A stretch of DNA of 64,000 nt from Hydrogenophaga sp. (GTDB taxonomy: Bacteria; Pseudomonadota; Gammaproteobacteria; Burkholderiales; Burkholderiaceae_C), in assembly GCF_011772445.1 (NCBI RefSeq), contig NZ_WVZN01000017.1, positions 67,622-131,621 of the forward strand, written 5' to 3'. Made by a program: the position numbers and the translations under genes. Shown here piece by piece: positions 50,487 through 63,881 of this stretch. The notes below the pieces were generated by a model. That model ran no database searches. It was not told the origin of the DNA and was given only the letters and a program-made list of their open reading frames with translations. How positions within the stretch are numbered: position 1 is the first letter of the stretch; every line of letters starts with the position of its first letter.

Positions 50487-51470
50487 TTACTGCGTGACCT
50501 GGATGCCGCTGGTCTTGACGAATTCCGACCACTTGCGCGCGTCGTCCGCCACCTGCCTGCCGAACTCGGCCGGTGAGTTGCCGCCGGGCTCGGCGCCCAC
50601 GGTCTCCATGCGCTTGCGCATCTCGGGCGTCTGCAGGGCCGGGCGCAGCACGCTGGCGATGCGCTCCACCACGGCGGGTGGCGTGCCGGCGGGTGCGAAC
50701 AGGCCGCTCCAGCCGGTCACGTCGAAGCCGGGCACGCCCGACTCGGCAATGGTGGGGATGTCGGGCGTCTGCGGGTAGCGGCGCGCGCTGGTGAGTGCGA
50801 TGGGGCGCAGCTTGCCCGACTGCATCCAGGTCAGCGCGTCGGAGTAGTTCGCGAAGCTCATGTGCACGTCGCCGGCCGCGGCCGCCGCCACGGCGGGCGC
50901 GCCGCCGCGGTAGGGCACGTGAACCATCTTCAGGCCCAACTGGTGCTTGAGGATTTCGCCCGCGAACTGCGTGAGGCCGCCCGCGCCGCCGAAGTTGAGC
51001 TTGCCCGGGTTGGCCCTGGCGTGGGCCACGAACTCCTGGAAGTTGTTCACCGGCAGCGAGGGGTTGACCATCAGCACCAGCGGGTTGGTGTTGATGAGCG
51101 TGATGGGGGCGAAGTCCTTCACGCCGTCGTAGCCCACCTTGAAGATGTACTGGTTCAGCGTCTGCGGCGCGGCCAGGGCCAGCAGCAGGGTGTAGCCGTC
51201 GGGCGCGGCCTTGGCCACGTACTCGGTCCCCAGACTGCCCGCCGCGCCCGGCTTGTTCTCGATGATCACCGGCTGCCTGAGCCCGTCCTGCAGCGCGGGC
51301 TGGATCATGCGCGCGACGATGTCGCCGATGCCGCCCGGCGCGTAGGGCACGACGATGCGGATCGCTTTCGTCGGCCAGGGCTCGTTGGCCAGGGCGAATG
51401 GGCTCGTGAGCGAAAGGCCGGCGCCAAGCAGCGCCAGTGCCGCGAGGCGGCGCGAGAGCGTGGGTGTCAT
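50487..51470 (-). CDS. Bug/TctC substrate-binding protein
   Basis: WPTKAIRIVVPYAPGG, ENKPGAAG, HVPYRGG. Confidence 0.93.
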   Translation of the reverse strand: MTPTLSRRLAALALLGAGLSLTSPFALANEPWPTKAIRIVVPYAPGGIGDIVARMIQPALQDGLRQPVIIENKPGAAGSLGTEYVAKAAPDGYTLLLALAAPQTLNQYIFKVGYDGVKDFAPITLINTNPLVLMVNPSLPVNNFQEFVAHARANPGKLNFGGAGGLTQFAGEILKHQLGLKMVHVPYRGGAPAVAAAAAGDVHMSFANYSDALTWMQSGKLRPIALTSARRYPQTPDIPTIAESGVPGFDVTGWSGLFAPAGTPPAVVERIASVLRPALQTPEMRKRMETVGAEPGGNSPAEFGRQVADDARKWSEFVKTSGIQVTQ

Positions 51471-51501
51471 GGGGTGTGTCTCCGGAATGTTGCAGGGGCG
51501 A

Positions 51502-51969
51502 TCAGAGCGGATAGACCATCAAGGTGTCGACCATCCGCGAATCCAGCACAACGCGTCTTTGCGCGATTCGCCATCCCTGGGGGCCCGGCTTGAGCACGTC
51601 GTCGTAGCGACCGGTCGCGAAGACCTCGGTCTGGCCGGTGTGCATGGTCCGGTAGATCACGAAGGACGAGCGCACGGCGCACTGGCCGTCGGGCTTCGGT
51701 TCGATCAGCGGACGCCCCACCACGTGGCGGTGGGTGTGGTTCTCGAAGATGTTGGCGATGCGCAGCGCCTTGATGCGGTCGTCCATCATGCCGCGCCCTT
51801 CGCACAGCACGATGCCGATGGGCATGTTCGCCTCGACGTTCTGGCGCGTGGTCACGAAGTAGCTGGCGTCTTCTTCAAAGTAGGCGCTCCAGTCCTCGAA
51901 CAGGCCATCGTCGAGCGTGTGGCAGTAGCGCTCCAGGAAGTCGGCGATCTCGTCCGTGCTGCCGCTCAT
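51502..51969 (-). CDS. Aromatic-ring-hydroxylating oxygenase beta subunit
   Basis: YCHTLDDG, MMDDRI, GRYDD, RRVVLDSRMVDTLMVYPL; ATGA overlap with alpha. Confidence 0.92.
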   Translation of the reverse strand: MSGSTDEIADFLERYCHTLDDGLFEDWSAYFEEDASYFVTTRQNVEANMPIGIVLCEGRGMMDDRIKALRIANIFENHTHRHVVGRPLIEPKPDGQCAVRSSFVIYRTMHTGQTEVFATGRYDDVLKPGPQGWRIAQRRVVLDSRMVDTLMVYPL

Positions 51970-53210
51970 TCGTGGAACCCCATGATGGTCTGGTAGCCAT
52001 GCCAGAAGCCGCGCACGGCCGCTTCGGTCGCGCGCGAGGACTCGTTCGACTCGGCGAGCCTGCCGCCCATCTCGATGAACGAGGCCTTGTCGTCGGAGCC
52101 GCGCGTGCCGCGCTGCACGAAGGAGTTGATGCAGCCGTCTTCCAGCGCGACGAGGCCCGCCGCGCCGGTGAGGTTGGCCTGCATCACGCGCATCTTTTCC
52201 TGCTCGGGCGTGTCGGTCTCGTAACCCAGGAAGACCCAGTACAGCTCGGTCTTGTCCACGCCGCGCGGCACCACGAAACGCACCGCCAGCGAGTTCAGCG
52301 TGAGCTGGCTCACCAGGGTGGGAAAGATGGTCTGGATGCTGTGCGTGATCTGGTCGTCGAAGCCGTCCCAGGCCTGCAGCAGTTGCGGGCCGTCGAGCTC
52401 GGAGCTGTACTTGGCGGAGTGCACGTCCGCGCTCGTGTACTCGGCCGCGGCGTCCAGCGTGGCGCGCTTGCTGTAGCTGATGTGGTGCCACTTCTTCTCC
52501 GACAGGATGATGCCGCCGTCCATGTCGAGGCGGTTCACCTTGAAGGTGGTGTAGAAGGTGTGCAGCAGCGTCGCGTGGTAAGAGTCGCGCACGTTCTCGG
52601 CGTACAGCTTCCAGTTGTTGTGGATCATCTGGCTGTGCGTGCCGAGGATCTTCAAGGGGTGGTCCATGTTGCGCTTGAGGAAGGCGGTGATGCGATCGCC
52701 CAGGAACTCCTCCAGCGGCGGCGCCTCGTCCGAGAACGTGCCGAAGACGATGCCCGCCACCACCGACACGCGGATCGGCTGCAGTCGGTGTTTCGACACG
52801 TCGAAGTCCTCGGGCATGCCGCCCTTGCCCTTGACGCCCTTCTGGAAGGCCACGCCGCGCAACTGACCGTCGAGCTTGTAGTTCCAGGCGTGGTAGACGC
52901 AGGTCAGCGACTTCTTGTTGTCGCGCTCCTTCAGGCACACCAGCGCGCCCTTGTGCGCGCAGCGGTTGACCATGCCGTGCAGCTCGCCGTTCTCGTCGCG
53001 CGTCACGATGATGGGCGTGTCGCCGATCCACGAGGTGCGGATGTCGCCGGGGTTCTTCACCTCCACCGTCAGGCACAGGTAGTGCCAGATCGGGCCGCGG
53101 AAGATCTTCTCCTGTTCCATCTGGTAGATGGCCGGGTCGGAGAAGACGCGGTAGGGCACACGCGTGGCGCCGCCGGCGGGCCAGCGCAGATCGCAAGGGG
53201 TCGTTTCCAT
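51966..53210 (-). CDS. Rieske non-heme iron oxygenase alpha subunit (salicylate/anthranilate/o-halobenzoate/terephthalate group)
   Basis: NRCAHKG..CVYHAW Rieske ligands; NWKLYAENVRDSYHATLLH and LEDG mononuclear-Fe ligands; start trimmed to METTPC. Confidence 0.93.
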   Translation of the reverse strand: METTPCDLRWPAGGATRVPYRVFSDPAIYQMEQEKIFRGPIWHYLCLTVEVKNPGDIRTSWIGDTPIIVTRDENGELHGMVNRCAHKGALVCLKERDNKKSLTCVYHAWNYKLDGQLRGVAFQKGVKGKGGMPEDFDVSKHRLQPIRVSVVAGIVFGTFSDEAPPLEEFLGDRITAFLKRNMDHPLKILGTHSQMIHNNWKLYAENVRDSYHATLLHTFYTTFKVNRLDMDGGIILSEKKWHHISYSKRATLDAAAEYTSADVHSAKYSSELDGPQLLQAWDGFDDQITHSIQTIFPTLVSQLTLNSLAVRFVVPRGVDKTELYWVFLGYETDTPEQEKMRVMQANLTGAAGLVALEDGCINSFVQRGTRGSDDKASFIEMGGRLAESNESSRATEAAVRGFWHGYQTIMGFHE

Positions 53211-53308
53211 GTCTCGTGGGGGCTCGAAGGGATGGGAGCAGCGGATGCTAGGGACGCAGCATCCATAAGTCGATAAGATGAAGGCGATCAGCGATATCTG
53301 GAATGCAG

Positions 53309-54277
53309 ATGGGACAAGACGCCACACCCCGATTCGATCTCAACCTGTTGCGGGTGTTTCTCGCGGTGTACGAAGCGAAGAGCGTCGGTGGCGCCGCGCA
53401 GGCCTTGAACATGAGCCAGCCCGGCCTGAGCACGGCCCTGGCCCGCCTGCGCCGGCAATTGGGCGACCCGCTGTTCCTGCGCGGCGCCACGGGCATGGAG
53501 CCCACCAGCCGCGCGCGCAGCCTGGCCGATTCGGTGCGCGGCATCATGCGGTCGGTGGACGCCGAGGTGCTCAAGCCGCCGGTGTTCGACCCCACCACCT
53601 CCACGCGCGAGTTCCGCATCGCGCTCACCGACATCGCCGAGGGCATCTACCTGCCCATCGCGCTGCGGGCGCTGAAGGAAACCGCCTCGCGCATGAGCCT
53701 GCGTTCGGTGTTCATGTCGCCGCGCGAACTGGAAGAGGCCATGGCCGCGGGCGAGGTGGACATGGCGGCCGGCTTCTACCCCGACATCAAGGGCTCGGCC
53801 TTCATGCACCGGCGCATCGCGCTGCACTCCTTCGCCTGCATCGCCGCCGCGCGCCACCCGGAATTGGGCGAGCGCATGACACCGGATCAGTTCGCGCGCC
53901 TGCCGCATGTGGTGGTGGAGGCCACCGGCCGCAGCCAGGAGGTGTTCGACCGCTTCCTGCAGAGGCGCCAGTTGCAGCGCGACGTGGTGCTGCGCACGCC
54001 GCACTTCATGAGCGTGCCGGTGATCGTGGCCGAGAGCGACGCGGTGGCCGTGGTGCCGCAGGCCCTGGCCGATTTCATCATCGACCACCCGCGCATCAGG
54101 CAGGTGCAACTGCCGTTTCGTCCGCCCACGTTTCAGGCCAACCTGTACTGGCACCGCAGCGCGCATTCCGACCCGGCCAACCAGTGGCTGCGCCAGGCGC
54201 TGATCCGCGAGTTTCCGCGCCTGCAGGCGCGGGCGTATGACCGCAATGGCCGCGCGGCCAACGCGCCTCGGGAATGA
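53309..54277 (+). CDS. LysR regulator (NahR/NagR-like), divergent from the oxygenase
   Basis: FDLNLLRVF, MSQPGLSTALARLR..DPLFLR..MEPT; start may be 53303. Confidence 0.93.
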   Translation: MGQDATPRFDLNLLRVFLAVYEAKSVGGAAQALNMSQPGLSTALARLRRQLGDPLFLRGATGMEPTSRARSLADSVRGIMRSVDAEVLKPPVFDPTTSTREFRIALTDIAEGIYLPIALRALKETASRMSLRSVFMSPRELEEAMAAGEVDMAAGFYPDIKGSAFMHRRIALHSFACIAAARHPELGERMTPDQFARLPHVVVEATGRSQEVFDRFLQRRQLQRDVVLRTPHFMSVPVIVAESDAVAVVPQALADFIIDHPRIRQVQLPFRPPTFQANLYWHRSAHSDPANQWLRQALIREFPRLQARAYDRNGRAANAPRE

Positions 54278-54280
54278 GGC

Positions 54281-55048
54281 TCAGCCCGCCACGGCGGGCA
54301 GCGTGCGCATCCAATCGTCCAGCACGCGGGCAAGTTCATCCGGGCATTCGGCCGCGCTGATGTGCGCGGCCTCCACCTCGACGATGCGAGCGCCCGCGAT
54401 GTCGGCGGCGATGGCCTGCGACTGCGCGAGCGGCGTGGCCAGGTCGTGCCGCCCCGCGACGATCAGCGTGGGCGTGGTGATGCGCCGGTTACCGGCGCGC
54501 AGGTCCATGGCGGCGATGGCTTCGCAGGCGCGCACGTAGCCCAGCGAGTCGGTGTCGAGCAGGGTCTGGCGCAGGCGCGCGGCCACGGCCTGGCCCGCGG
54601 CGCTTTGGCGAAAGGCCGGCGTGAGCCAGCGGTCGATGGACGCATCGGCCACGGCGGGCATGCCGGTGGTGCGCACGGCCTGGATGCGTGTGTCCCACAG
54701 CGTGCGGTCGGCGTAGTGCGGGGCGGAGTTGATCACCGCCAGGCCGCGCAGCAGCGAAGGGTGGCGTGCCGCCAGGGCCTGCCCCACCATGCCCCCGAGC
54801 GACAGACCGGCGAACACCACGGGTGTGGACGAGACCGAGCGGATCACCTCGGCCGCGTCGTCGGCGAGGTCGTCGATGCTGTAGGGCGCTTCGGGAGAGG
54901 GGCCCCGGCCGTGGCCCCGGTGGTCGTAGCGGACCACGCGGTAGCGCGGGGCGAGCAGGGCCGTGATCTCGTCCCACATGTGGCGGTCGAGGGCGAGTGC
55001 GTGGCTCAGAACCACCGTGGGTCCTTGTCCGTCCTGGCTGGTGTTCAT
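54281..55048 (-). CDS. Alpha/beta hydrolase (PcaD enol-lactone hydrolase-like)
   Basis: YDHRGHG, GLSLGG nucleophile elbow, GRHD, AAHIS. Confidence 0.88.
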   Translation of the reverse strand: MNTSQDGQGPTVVLSHALALDRHMWDEITALLAPRYRVVRYDHRGHGRGPSPEAPYSIDDLADDAAEVIRSVSSTPVVFAGLSLGGMVGQALAARHPSLLRGLAVINSAPHYADRTLWDTRIQAVRTTGMPAVADASIDRWLTPAFRQSAAGQAVAARLRQTLLDTDSLGYVRACEAIAAMDLRAGNRRITTPTLIVAGRHDLATPLAQSQAIAADIAGARIVEVEAAHISAAECPDELARVLDDWMRTLPAVAG

Positions 55049-55217
55049 GGTCTGCCGCGTCGTAAGAGGGAACGCGGCAGTCTACGGGCCCGGGTGGCGC
55101 AGGCGCATCGCTCGGTGCGATACGCGATATCGCTTCGCGCGAGCGGAGCCGCCGGCGAAGCGGCCCAAGAGATGGGAGGGGCGTGTGCGCAAGAGGGGCT
55201 TCCTCGGACACATCGGT

Positions 55218-55246
55218 TGATGCGTGATGTATGATGCAAAGCATCA
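55218..55246. promoter_or_regulatory. Putative operator of the second vapBC
   Basis: TGATG(C/T) at 55218, 55225 and 55232, and palindrome TGATGC-AAA-GCATCA at 55232-55246 next to the RBS. Confidence 0.7.
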
Positions 55247-55256
55247 GGAGAAGACG

Positions 55257-55487
55257 ATGCGAACCACGCTGGCCATTGACGACGACATCCTGGCGACGGC
55301 CAGGTACCTCGCCGAGCGCGAGCACAAATCGGTGGGCGAAGTGATCTCCGCATTGGCCCGTCAGGGGCTGGAGCGGGCCTCGCGCCCGGCGCGGGCACAA
55401 CGCAATGGCGTGCCGCTGTTGCCCAAGCGCGGCGGCGCTACCGTGACGCCGGAACTCGTCAACCAGCTGCGTGACGAGTTGCCGTGA
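55257..55487 (+). CDS. vapB: RHH/CopG-type antitoxin
   Basis: MRTTLAIDDDIL..SVGEVISALARQG; GTGA overlap with PIN gene. Confidence 0.85.
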   Translation: MRTTLAIDDDILATARYLAEREHKSVGEVISALARQGLERASRPARAQRNGVPLLPKRGGATVTPELVNQLRDELP

Positions 55488-55924
55488 CGGCGTATTTGCT
55501 GGACGTCAATGTCCTGATCGCGCTCGTCGACCCGGCCCATGTCCAGCATGACGCTGCACACGACTGGTTCCACCGCGTGGGCCACAAGGCCTTTGCCACC
55601 TGTCCACTCACCGAGAACGGCCTTGTCCGCATCGTTGGTCACCCGAAATACCCCAACTCACCGGGGCCACCCAGCGCTGTCCTTCCCTCGCTCATGGCCA
55701 TCCGTGGTTTGCCAGGGCATCGGTTCTGGCCCGACAAGCTCAGCATTGCCGATGAGTCCTTGTTCGCAACCCAACTGCTGAGCAGCCATGCTCGCGTGAC
55801 CGACAGCTACTTGCTCGCCTTGGCACACGCCCATCGCGGTCGCCTCGCGACGATGGATCAGAAACTGGCCACCGATGTCGTCCGCGAAGGGGATGGCGCG
55901 CTCGAACTCATCCCGATCCAATGA
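55484..55924 (+). CDS. vapC: VapC PIN-domain toxin
   Basis: YLLDVNVLIAL, TENG, VTDSYLLALA, LATMD. Confidence 0.92.
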   Translation: MTAYLLDVNVLIALVDPAHVQHDAAHDWFHRVGHKAFATCPLTENGLVRIVGHPKYPNSPGPPSAVLPSLMAIRGLPGHRFWPDKLSIADESLFATQLLSSHARVTDSYLLALAHAHRGRLATMDQKLATDVVREGDGALELIPIQ

Positions 55925-55960
55925 CCGGGGCCGATCCTGGCGTGCCCCGGCTGGAGCGCC

Positions 55961-57568
<1,608 letters not shown>

Positions 57569-57576
57569 CGGGTGTG

Positions 57577-59055
57577 TCACTTCAGAACATCGCCCAGGCA
57601 CAGGAATTTGATCTCGACGTAATCGTCCATGCCATGGTGCGAGCCCTCGCGGCCCAGGCCGGACTGCTTCACGCCGCCGAAGGGCACGTGCTCGGTGGCC
57701 AGGATGCCCACGTTGATGCCGACCATGCCGTACTCCAGCGCCTCGCTCACGCGGAAGATGCGGCCCACGTCGCGGCTGTAGAAGTAGCTCGCCAGGCCGA
57801 ACTCGGTGTTGTTCGCGGCGTCGATCGCCTCCTGCTCCGACTCGAACTTGAAGACCGGCGCGAAGGGGCCGAAGGTCTCCTCGCGCGCGCACAGCATGTC
57901 GGGCGTGGCGCCAGCCACCACCGTGGGCTCGAAGAACTGGCCCTGCAGCTTCTTGCCGCCGGCCACCACGGTGCCGCCCTTGGCCACCGCGTCGTCCACA
58001 TGGCGCTGCACCTTCTCCACGGCCGCGTCCTCGATCAGCGGGCCCTGCACCACGCCGTCTTCAAAACCGTTGCCGACCTTGAAGGCCTTGACCCTGGCGG
58101 CGAATTTCTTCACGAACTCGTCGTACACGCCCGCCTGCACGTAGAAGCGGTTGGCGCACACGCAGGTCTGGCCCGCGTTGCGGTACTTGCTGGCCAGCGC
58201 GCCCTCCACGGCCGCATCGACGTCGGCGTCGTCGAAGACGATGAAGGGCGCGTTGCCGCCGAGCTCCAGGCTCAGCTTCTTCACCGTGGGCGCGCACTGC
58301 GCCATGAGGATGCGGCCGACCTCGGTGGAGCCGGTGAAGCTCAGGTGGCGCACGGTGTCGCTGGCGCACAGGGCCTTGCCCACGGCGATGCTCTGCTGCG
58401 AGTCGGCGGTGATGACGTTGAGCACGCCCGCCGGAATGCCCGCGCGCATGGCCAGCTCGGCCGCGGCCAGGGCCGTCAGCGGCGTGAGCTCGGCCGGCTT
58501 GATGACCACCGGGCAGCCCGCGGCCAGGGCCGGCGCGACCTTGCGCGTGATCATGGCCAGCGGGAAGTTCCAGGGCGTGATGGCCGCGCACACGCCGATG
58601 GGCTGCTTGAGCACCAGCAGGCGGCGGTTGGGGTCGAAGGTGGGCAGGGTCTCGCCGTTGACGCGCTTGGCCTCTTCGGCGAACCACTCCACGAAGCTGG
58701 CGCCGTAGGCGATCTCGCCCTTGCCCTCGGCGAAGGGCTTGCCCTGCTCGGCGGTGAGGATGCGGCCCAGGTCTTCCTGGTTGGCCATCAGCAGGTCGTA
58801 CCACTTGCGCAGCAGGTTGGCGCGTTCCTTGGCGCTGCGCGCGCGCCAGGCGGGCCAGGCCTTGTCGGCGGCGGCGATGGCGGCCTCGGCGTCGGCGGGG
58901 CCCAGGTTGGCCACGTCCGCCAGCTTCAGGCCGGTGGCGGGGTCGTTCACGTCGAAGCGGGCGCCGCCCTTGACCCACTGGCCGTCGATCAGGCCGTCGG
59001 TCTTGAGCAGGCTGGGGTCCTTCAGCAGGGCCAGGGGGGAGGTTTTCATGTCCAT
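57577..59055 (-). CDS. gabD: NAD(P)-dependent succinate-semialdehyde dehydrogenase
   Basis: [36 protein letters not shown]. Confidence 0.93.
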   Translation of the reverse strand: MDMKTSPLALLKDPSLLKTDGLIDGQWVKGGARFDVNDPATGLKLADVANLGPADAEAAIAAADKAWPAWRARSAKERANLLRKWYDLLMANQEDLGRILTAEQGKPFAEGKGEIAYGASFVEWFAEEAKRVNGETLPTFDPNRRLLVLKQPIGVCAAITPWNFPLAMITRKVAPALAAGCPVVIKPAELTPLTALAAAELAMRAGIPAGVLNVITADSQQSIAVGKALCASDTVRHLSFTGSTEVGRILMAQCAPTVKKLSLELGGNAPFIVFDDADVDAAVEGALASKYRNAGQTCVCANRFYVQAGVYDEFVKKFAARVKAFKVGNGFEDGVVQGPLIEDAAVEKVQRHVDDAVAKGGTVVAGGKKLQGQFFEPTVVAGATPDMLCAREETFGPFAPVFKFESEQEAIDAANNTEFGLASYFYSRDVGRIFRVSEALEYGMVGINVGILATEHVPFGGVKQSGLGREGSHHGMDDYVEIKFLCLGDVLK

Positions 59056-59237
59056 GGGGGTCTCCGTCGGGTCGCGCGTGGCGGGAAAGCAGGAAATTTA
59101 ACTTATTAAATAAATGGGGCGATTGTGCGCCTGTTTCAGCGCATGAGCATAGTCCTTCGGCATGTTGGAAAATACCGGGTTCGCGTGCATGGCACGCGCC
59201 CGACCCCCACCGACCCGACCCTCACCGACAGGCCCCC

Positions 59238-61862
<2,625 letters not shown>

Positions 61863-61875
61863 CCCGCCGCGGCCC

Positions 61876-63096
61876 TCAGGCCGCCTGCGCCACCACCCCT
61901 TCGTCGATCAGCGCATCGATCTGCGCATCGCCGTAGCCGGCCTCGCGCAGCAGTTCGCGCGTGTGCTGCCCCAGCAGCGGCGCCGCCGTGCTGGCCGGCG
62001 TGGGCGTGGCGCTGAAGTGGATGGGGCAGCCCACGCCGCGCGTGGGCCCGGCCTGCGGGTGCACGGTCTCCACCACCATGCCGCGCGCCAGGGTCTGCGG
62101 GTGGCTCAGGGCCTCGCCGATGCTGTGCACCGGCCCGGCCGGCACCCCGGCGGTGTCGAAGGCGGCCTGCCACTCGGCGCGGCTGCGGGTGCGCACCACG
62201 GCGTTGATCCGGTCCACCAGTTCGTCCAGGTGCGCCATGCGCTCGCTGTTGGTGGCGAAGCGCGGGTCCTCGCGCCATTCAGGGTGTCCCAGCACCTCGC
62301 AGATGCGCTCCCAGTTGGCCTGGTTGGCACCGCCGATGTTGATCCAGCCATCGCTGGCCTCGAAGGCCTGGTAGGGCGCCGTGAGCAGGTGGGCCGAGCC
62401 CGTGGGCTGCGGCGAGCGCTGCGTGGCGAACCACACCGCCGCGTGCCAGTAGGTCTGCTGCAAGGCGGCGTCGGCCAGCGAGGTGTCGACGATCTGGCCC
62501 TGGCCGGTTTTCAGGCGGTGGATGTACGCCGCCAGGATGCCCACGGTGGCGAGGATGCCGGCGTTCATGTCCGACACCGCGCTGCCGCTTTTGGCCGGGG
62601 GCCTGCCGGGCTCGCCGGTGATCGACATCAGCCCCGCGAAGCCCTGCGCGATGAGGTCGAAGCCGCCCTTGTCGGCGTAGGGCCCGGTGCGCCCGTAGCC
62701 TGTGATGGCGCAATAGATGAGGCCGGGGTTGATGGCGGCCAGCGCGTCGTAGCCCAGGCCCAGCTTGTCCATGGTGCCCAGGCGGAAGTTCTCGACCAGC
62801 ACGTCGGCGCGTTCCACCAGGCGCTTGAGCACCTGCTGGCCACGCTCGAGCTTGAGGTTGAGCGCCAGGCCGCGCTTGTGGCGGTTGAGCATCATGAACG
62901 GCGCCGACACGCCATTGACCTGCGGGTCGCGGTAGCCGCGCGAGTCGTCGCCGCCGGGCAGCTTCTCGATCTTGATCACCTCGGCGCCCAGGTCGGCCAG
63001 CAGCAGGCCGCAGGTGGGGCCCGACATGATCTGGCTGAGTTCGAGTACGCGCAGACCGGCCAGCGGGCCGGCGGAAACGGGCCGCTGCGTGTTCAC
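61876..63096 (-). CDS. CaiB/BaiF (family III) CoA transferase
   Basis: GPLAGLRVLEL, ADLGAEVIKIE, ENFRLG, GGFDLIAQ, APLLGQHT. Confidence 0.93.
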   Translation of the reverse strand: MNTQRPVSAGPLAGLRVLELSQIMSGPTCGLLLADLGAEVIKIEKLPGGDDSRGYRDPQVNGVSAPFMMLNRHKRGLALNLKLERGQQVLKRLVERADVLVENFRLGTMDKLGLGYDALAAINPGLIYCAITGYGRTGPYADKGGFDLIAQGFAGLMSITGEPGRPPAKSGSAVSDMNAGILATVGILAAYIHRLKTGQGQIVDTSLADAALQQTYWHAAVWFATQRSPQPTGSAHLLTAPYQAFEASDGWINIGGANQANWERICEVLGHPEWREDPRFATNSERMAHLDELVDRINAVVRTRSRAEWQAAFDTAGVPAGPVHSIGEALSHPQTLARGMVVETVHPQAGPTRGVGCPIHFSATPTPASTAAPLLGQHTRELLREAGYGDAQIDALIDEGVVAQAA

Positions 63097-63881
63097 TGTC
63101 CCTTCCAGACTGGCGGGCGTTTGTCGATGAAGGCGCGCACGCCCTCGCGGAAATCGGCGCTGCCGTAGACGGCGCGGATGAGGTCGTCTCCCTCGGGCAG
63201 ATCGTGCACGGCCAGGCGCTGCAGCGCGGCCTTGCTCACGCGCTGCGTCACCGGCGCCAGCGCCGCCAGCCGCTTCGCAAGGGCCAGGCCTTCCTCGCCC
63301 AGCGCCTCGGGCGTCACCACGGCGTGCAGGCAGCCGCAGGCCAGTGCTTCCTCGGCCGGCACCATCTCGGCCAGCAGCAGCATGCGCTTCACCCGCTCGT
63401 GCCCCCAGGCGGCGCGCAGCCGCGCGATGTTGGCCATCGACAGGCCGTTGCCCAGGGTGCGCGCGATCGGCACACCGAACTTCGCGCCTGGCGTGGCCAG
63501 GCGGAAGTCGCAGGCGGTGGCGATGGCCAGGCCGCCGCCCACGGCCCAGCCTTCCACGAGGGCAATGGTGGGCATGGGCAGGCCGGCCAGTTGCGCGATG
63601 CCCGCGTCGATGCGCCGCTCGTAGGCGATGCCGTCCTCGCCGTCGCGGAAGTCCGCGAACTGCGCGATGTCGGTGCCGGCGACGAAGGCCTGCCCCCCTG
63701 CGCCACGCAGCAGCACGGCGCGCACCGTGGCGTCGTTCGCCAGCCGCTCGCAGGCTTCGCCCAGTTGCTGGTACATGGTCCAGGTCATGGCGTTGCGCGC
63801 CGCGGGGCGGTCGAACACCAGCGTGGCGATGCCGGCGTCGATGCTCAGCCCGACGCGGCCGCTGTGGTCGTCGCTGCTCAT
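63093..63881 (-). CDS. Enoyl-CoA hydratase/isomerase family protein
   Basis: ARNAMT, AFVAGTDI, GWAVGGGLAIATACDFR, DFREGV; start trimmed to MSSDDH. Confidence 0.92.
   Translation of the reverse strand: MSSDDHSGRVGLSIDAGIATLVFDRPAARNAMTWTMYQQLGEACERLANDATVRAVLLRGAGGQAFVAGTDIAQFADFRDGEDGIAYERRIDAGIAQLAGLPMPTIALVEGWAVGGGLAIATACDFRLATPGAKFGVPIARTLGNGLSMANIARLRAAWGHERVKRMLLLAEMVPAEEALACGCLHAVVTPEALGEEGLALAKRLAALAPVTQRVSKAALQRLAVHDLPEGDDLIRAVYGSADFREGVRAFIDKRPPVWKGQ

Noticed and set aside
26306-51470. Five Bug/TctC genes without TctA/TctB partners
   Set aside because: Orphan Bug expansion is a well-known feature of Burkholderiales and is not novel by itself.
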